IMG/VR virus record: IMGVR_UViG_3300044796_000401 | Source: a virus | Taxonomy: Duplodnaviria; Caudoviricetes | Direction: 5' to 3' (one strand) | DNA: 64,000 bases | In this document: positions 60,728-64,000 of the stretch, in pieces | Layout of the letters: each line of letters starts with the position of its first letter | How positions within the stretch are numbered: position 1 is the stretch's first letter | The notes under the pieces: model-generated | Databases searched by the model: none | The model's input: only the letters and a program-made list of their open reading frames with translations | Told to the model about the DNA's origin: nothing | Made by a program: the position numbers and the translations under genes

Positions 60728-61970
60728 CTCTTATGTCGCTGCGGATACCCCCAGTTTTAGCTGTGGGGAGGAAGCAGCGACCCTCCATGTATTGAAAGAC
60801 AAAAACTTCGTGTCTTCTGGCTTGGCTGACTGCGTGAGCCTCTTGCCAGTTGAGACGTCGTGCAAACTGATACGACCCTTGGTTGCGCCGCCCACGTAGC
60901 ACAGCCCGAACTTCGGATGCCGAACCAACGAACCGCGAGAGAAGCCCTCGCTGCGCGTACCGCCATACGGCTTGCGAATATGCCCCTTGGAGAACTGCAA
61001 GCGATGCAACTGGCGGCGGTGCAAACGAATTGGCTCGATGACCATCACGTCGGTGTTGTCTGGCTTCGTGTGCCCGCCAACTTCGTCGTTTGCCATTACC
61101 CAAGAATCAACACAGTGCGCCGAGAAGTCCTCGGACAGTTTGTTCTTGGACTTCTTCAAGCCGTGGGCATCACGAAGTTTCTTCGTTTCCCAGCCCGTGT
61201 TGGTGCGAAGCAAACCCAACTTGCGAAGTTCGTCGTAAAACCACTTCTTGCCAACCTGCAATGGAGAGAACGACTTGTTCCAGCGGCGACCGCCGAAACA
61301 ATGCGCCTTGATGTCCTCGACGCGGAAGTGCGTGACTGGAAAAATCTTTGCCAGTACAACAGCGATGCGAAGTTTCCAACCCCAGCGCGCTTTCGTGCTG
61401 GGTGGTATTCGTCCAATAGAACGATTGCAACGGTTTTGGCGGCACGGCGTGTTGCGATTACGGCGACCCCGGCGCATTTGGCGGCGAGTAGTAACCGCAT
61501 CCTTAACCCAATCCACGGCGTGCGACTCGATGTTGAGATACGTATGCAATTCGGATTTGACCGTAAAGCCTTCCCGCTTGCTGCCTGGGTCAATGGCAAC
61601 GACCACGGGTTGCATCTGTGTATCAGACGGCTGTTGGTTGAGGCGAACGCAGAACACACCCTTCTTGAAGAACGGTGTGGCTTTGCCTGAACGGACCCAG
61701 CGTCGTGCTCTTGCTGGGGTCGTGGGCATCAGCGGTTTTTGTTGCGAATCTACAACTGGTACATATTGCATTAAGCCACCTCTCGGTGTTTGTACTTCCC
61801 TTCGCCACTGACCTGCGGAGAGGTTCGAATTAGGGAAGCGTTCGAACATCCTATTGCCTACCACGGCAGCAGATTCAGTTAACATGGCTAGTCTCGGCTT
61901 ACGTTGTGCTTTCGGATGTGGTTAGCACCCTTGGGTACAAGCCCCTAGCTTTAGCTATGGGGTCCTTGAC
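60728..61970 (-). mobile_element. Non-autonomous IS200/IS605-family OMEGA element (omegaRNA plus isrB, no tnpA)
   Basis: Left end GTCAAGGACCCCATAGCTAAAGCTAGGGGCTTG; right-end hairpin TTCCTCCCCACAGCTAAAACTGGGGGTATCC. Removing the element restores GAG GAG CAA TGA/ATG AAC. Confidence 0.85.
60731..61771 (-). CDS. isrB: IsrB RNA-guided nickase (PLMP, split RuvC, no HNH)
   Basis: 346 aa from MQYVPVVD; KPLMPT, RuvC-I IDPGSK, Arg-rich bridge helix RRQMRRGRR, RuvC-II VED and RuvC-III HCVD, with no HNH between II and III. Confidence 0.9.
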   Translation of the reverse strand: MQYVPVVDSQQKPLMPTTPARARRWVRSGKATPFFKKGVFCVRLNQQPSDTQMQPVVVAIDPGSKREGFTVKSELHTYLNIESHAVDWVKDAVTTRRQMRRGRRNRNTPCRQNRCNRSIGRIPPSTKARWGWKLRIAVVLAKIFPVTHFRVEDIKAHCFGGRRWNKSFSPLQVGKKWFYDELRKLGLLRTNTGWETKKLRDAHGLKKSKNKLSEDFSAHCVDSWVMANDEVGGHTKPDNTDVMVIEPIRLHRRQLHRLQFSKGHIRKPYGGTRSEGFSRGSLVRHPKFGLCYVGGATKGRISLHDVSTGKRLTQSAKPEDTKFLSFNTWRVAASSPQLKLGVSAAT

Positions 61971-61990
61971 TGCTCCTCTGTCTCCCTCCG
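61772..61990 (-). ncRNA. omegaRNA (scaffold about 61970-61780, 5' guide from flank about 61990-61971)
   Basis: GTCAA..CCCC..GGGGCTTG first hairpin, GACTAGCC, GTTCGAA..TTCCCTAATTCGAAC stem and TGGCGAAGGGAA are typical of IscB/IsrB omegaRNA. Guide length is inferred. Confidence 0.8.
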
Positions 61991-62320
61991 CATCAACAGG
62001 TCGAGCCTGTTGCCCTTTTGAAAAACGACCCACGGATTCCCATTGCTCAGGCCGAGCAAAATCAGCACCCGTGCATCCGGCACAAACCTGGTCTGCCACC
62101 CGTAGCTGTCCGCTATCTTGCGGAGGGCGTCCTGCGTCCGGTCGTCCCACTTGCCGGATGGTGGGCCAGGCATGAAGTCGTGGGAGATCAAGACCTTTTG
62201 GATTTCGACGATGCGCTGCGGATCGATCTGCTTCTGCCCCGTCATGGGCCTCTTGGGAGCCGCGCAAAGGGGCACAGCAAAGATTAAAAATAAAACGACA
62301 AACTTAGCTGGGCGTTTCAT
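61955..62320 (-). CDS. Secreted protein with peptidoglycan-binding-like domain
   Basis: Signal peptide (KFVVLFLIFAVPLCA), then IVEIQKVL..H.F..G.PSGKWDDRTQDALR..GWQT..VPDAR.LI.LGL. Confidence 0.7.
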   Translation of the reverse strand: MKRPAKFVVLFLIFAVPLCAAPKRPMTGQKQIDPQRIVEIQKVLISHDFMPGPPSGKWDDRTQDALRKIADSYGWQTRFVPDARVLILLGLSNGNPWVVFQKGNRLDLLMRRETEEQSRTP

Positions 62321-62561
62321 ATTTCGTCTTCCATTGGGCCGACAGGGCGTTCATCTCGTCCGGGGTGGCTTTCTTCACGCCGGGGTCTTTCTTGATCCTC
62401 TGCTCCGCGCTCCCGGTCACATCGCAATGGACATACCACGTTCCGGGGTATTGAATCCACGACATCGGTATTTTCTGCGACTTGGCGTACCGCCGTAGCT
62501 CCTGCTCCGAGTCCGCCATCAGGCGGCTGAATTCGTTGTGCAAATCCTGAAGATAGACCAT
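62304..62561 (-). CDS. Hypothetical protein
   Basis: Coupled small gene; WIQYPG...H.DV resembles DUF4031-like proteins only weakly. Confidence 0.55.
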   Translation of the reverse strand: MVYLQDLHNEFSRLMADSEQELRRYAKSQKIPMSWIQYPGTWYVHCDVTGSAEQRIKKDPGVKKATPDEMNALSAQWKTKYETPS

Positions 62562-62564
62562 GGG

Positions 62565-62804
62565 TTATCCGTCGTCTTCCTCTTCTTCCGCATTCAATCT
62601 TTCGTTGAGGCAATCGTCGCACAGCCGTATCGGGGGCTTGACCCATGAGTCATATACGGGAATCACGTAGCTGTGGCTGTCCCCGCATTCGTCGCACGTG
62701 CGCGCCAGACAGAACATCGCGTGCGGCATCCCTATCTTGTAGGAACAGCCGCAGTCGGGACATTTCACGGTGTTTTTCTTCGGCTTGGGCTTACCTCCCT
62801 TCAT
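62565..62804 (-). CDS. Small zinc-finger hypothetical protein
   Basis: CPDC, HxxxC, CDEC and CDDC motifs; ATGA coupling. Confidence 0.6.
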   Translation of the reverse strand: MKGGKPKPKKNTVKCPDCGCSYKIGMPHAMFCLARTCDECGDSHSYVIPVYDSWVKPPIRLCDDCLNERLNAEEEEDDG

Positions 62805-63025
62805 ACATCCTCCGGGAAGAACTTCTCTTCCAGTTCTGCTGCCGCGATGGGATTATTGAGCACGAGGCGGGAAACCGAATCCCATTTCGTCTGTAGCCTT
62901 TTGGCCCTTATCCGGTATTGCTGAGGCGTCGAGGGCTCGTCTGCGATGGCGTACAGGAAGTTCGCCATCTGAGCGCCCACGAACTCCATCTTGGTGATCG
63001 GAATGCCCTTCTCGCGCTTCGCCAT
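62801..63025 (-). CDS. Hypothetical protein
   Basis: GAGG SD before ATG 63025; TATACT upstream at about 63047-63052. Confidence 0.6.
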   Translation of the reverse strand: MAKREKGIPITKMEFVGAQMANFLYAIADEPSTPQQYRIRAKRLQTKWDSVSRLVLNNPIAAAELEEKFFPEDV

Positions 63026-63099
63026 CTTGCGCCTCTTTCACATCCAAGTATACCCCAACTAGGCCCCGATCTCAAGCAGGAATCTTGAGAGGATGAATT

Positions 63100-64000
63100 T
63101 CAGCGTCTTCCTACCGCCTTAAACCCCAGTAATTCCCCAGCTTCATATCGTTTGTTGATGCCCCTTCTCGCCAGTTCCCTAAAACAGTCTCGACTACAAG
63201 TTTTTGCTCCAGAATGCCTCGGAGTGAAATCGGTGTCACATACAACGCATTTCACTAACTGTCGCCGTCTAGCGTTGCGCTTTTGCCAAACTATAAAACA
63301 TTCCCGCCTACATGTAGTCCTTTTCTTGTTTAGTATTTCTGTCCCACAGACAGCACACGCGGGAATGACCTGGGGGAGGGGCAAGCCGTACTTCTTGCAC
63401 GTTACTAAGTTAGGCATCCATTTATAAATTTCCATCTTTCTTTTCATGGCTTTTGCTAAAGATTCAAGCGATTTAGGCTTCCCCCTGTTGGAGGCGGCTA
63501 TCCGCGATTTTTGTGCTTCAGACATAATGTAGCCCCTACGCGCCCTAGACATATTTTCCCGAATTTCTTCCGTGTAGACCCGCTCTCTGGCCACTTTAGC
63601 TATGCGCTGGCGCTCAGACTCAGGCATGCCCTGTTCTTTTTTGATTCTAGAAAGAAGTTGTTTTTGGGCTTCCGACATTGGCCCTTTGGATTTTCCGCGC
63701 TGCAAGTCACCGATAAGTTTTTTAGTTTTCTCGGAGTGCTTGTAGTTGTCCCTAGCTCTCCGAGTGGCAACATATTTAGAAATTTCTTCTGGAGTTCTAG
63801 TCCGTCCCCTTGTGCCCTGCTTCACGTAAGGCAGGCTGTTGTATCCGTTTTTATAGGCGTCAAGACGATCAATCCAATATTGCTCCCGCACTACCAACAC
63901 GGCTGGATCGCATTTCTCTAAAACCAGCCATTTCCAACTATCGGGACCGTGCTTGCACCAAGCTCGAAGAAGCTTAGTGCCTGTGTGTTTTCTAGATTTC
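63100..64000 (-). CDS. GIY-YIG homing endonuclease (5' end outside the window) with NUMOD3 and CxxC..C repeats
   Basis: Frame open to 64000: ...LLRAWCKHGPDSWKWLVLEKC...REQYWID..NGYN; HSEKTKK/MSEAQK motifs and two CAVCG..CSR units. Confidence 0.85.
   Translation of the reverse strand, partial: KSRKHTGTKLLRAWCKHGPDSWKWLVLEKCDPAVLVVREQYWIDRLDAYKNGYNSLPYVKQGTRGRTRTPEEISKYVATRRARDNYKHSEKTKKLIGDLQRGKSKGPMSEAQKQLLSRIKKEQGMPESERQRIAKVARERVYTEEIRENMSRARRGYIMSEAQKSRIAASNRGKPKSLESLAKAMKRKMEIYKWMPNLVTCKKYGLPLPQVIPACAVCGTEILNKKRTTCRRECFIVWQKRNARRRQLVKCVVCDTDFTPRHSGAKTCSRDCFRELARRGINKRYEAGELLGFKAVGRR

Noticed and set aside
60731-61885. Call as IscB, Cas9-like or TnpB, and the track start at 61885
   Set aside because: There is no HNH between RuvC-II and RuvC-III, and PLMP is present, so it is IsrB. 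The 38-codon extension is omegaRNA sequence.

Overview
The window is 64 kb from a large contractile-tailed (myovirus-type) dsDNA phage, with almost all genes on the minus strand. It covers a glycosyltransferase cluster (1-5.5 kb, plus a Pmt-like GT-C at 11-12 kb) and the head module: protease 32.9-33.8 kb, scaffold-like protein 30.1-32.3 kb, decoration-like gene and major capsid 26.6-28.4 kb. It also covers tail tube, sheath, tail-completion and neck genes (39.8-59 kb). About 21 free-standing HNH, GIY-YIG, EndoVII and PD-(D/E)xK nuclease genes are interleaved with these. From memory, the capsid protein resembles the Bxz1/E3-type myovirus MCP family, and several accessory modules look acidobacterial; both points need database checks. 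Main observations: (1) giant proteins built as strings of unrelated enzyme-like domains (sigma-like, three Cys-His-Asp domains, GNAT, nucleotidyltransferase, HiPIP-like) separated by K/R-x-A linkers, with the same motif near the N-termini of head proteins, which suggests protease-processed, virion-delivered effector polyproteins; (2) a 229-nt ORF-less group I intron (28184-28412) that the ORF track misses, splitting the gene upstream of the MCP; (3) a complete IsrB/omegaRNA element (60728-61970) whose empty site rebuilds an ATGA stop/start overlap; (4) recurrent putative late-promoter motifs, several encoded in the last codons of endonuclease genes. All family calls come from motif recognition by eye, with no searches run. 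No terminase, portal, tRNA or CRISPR array was seen.
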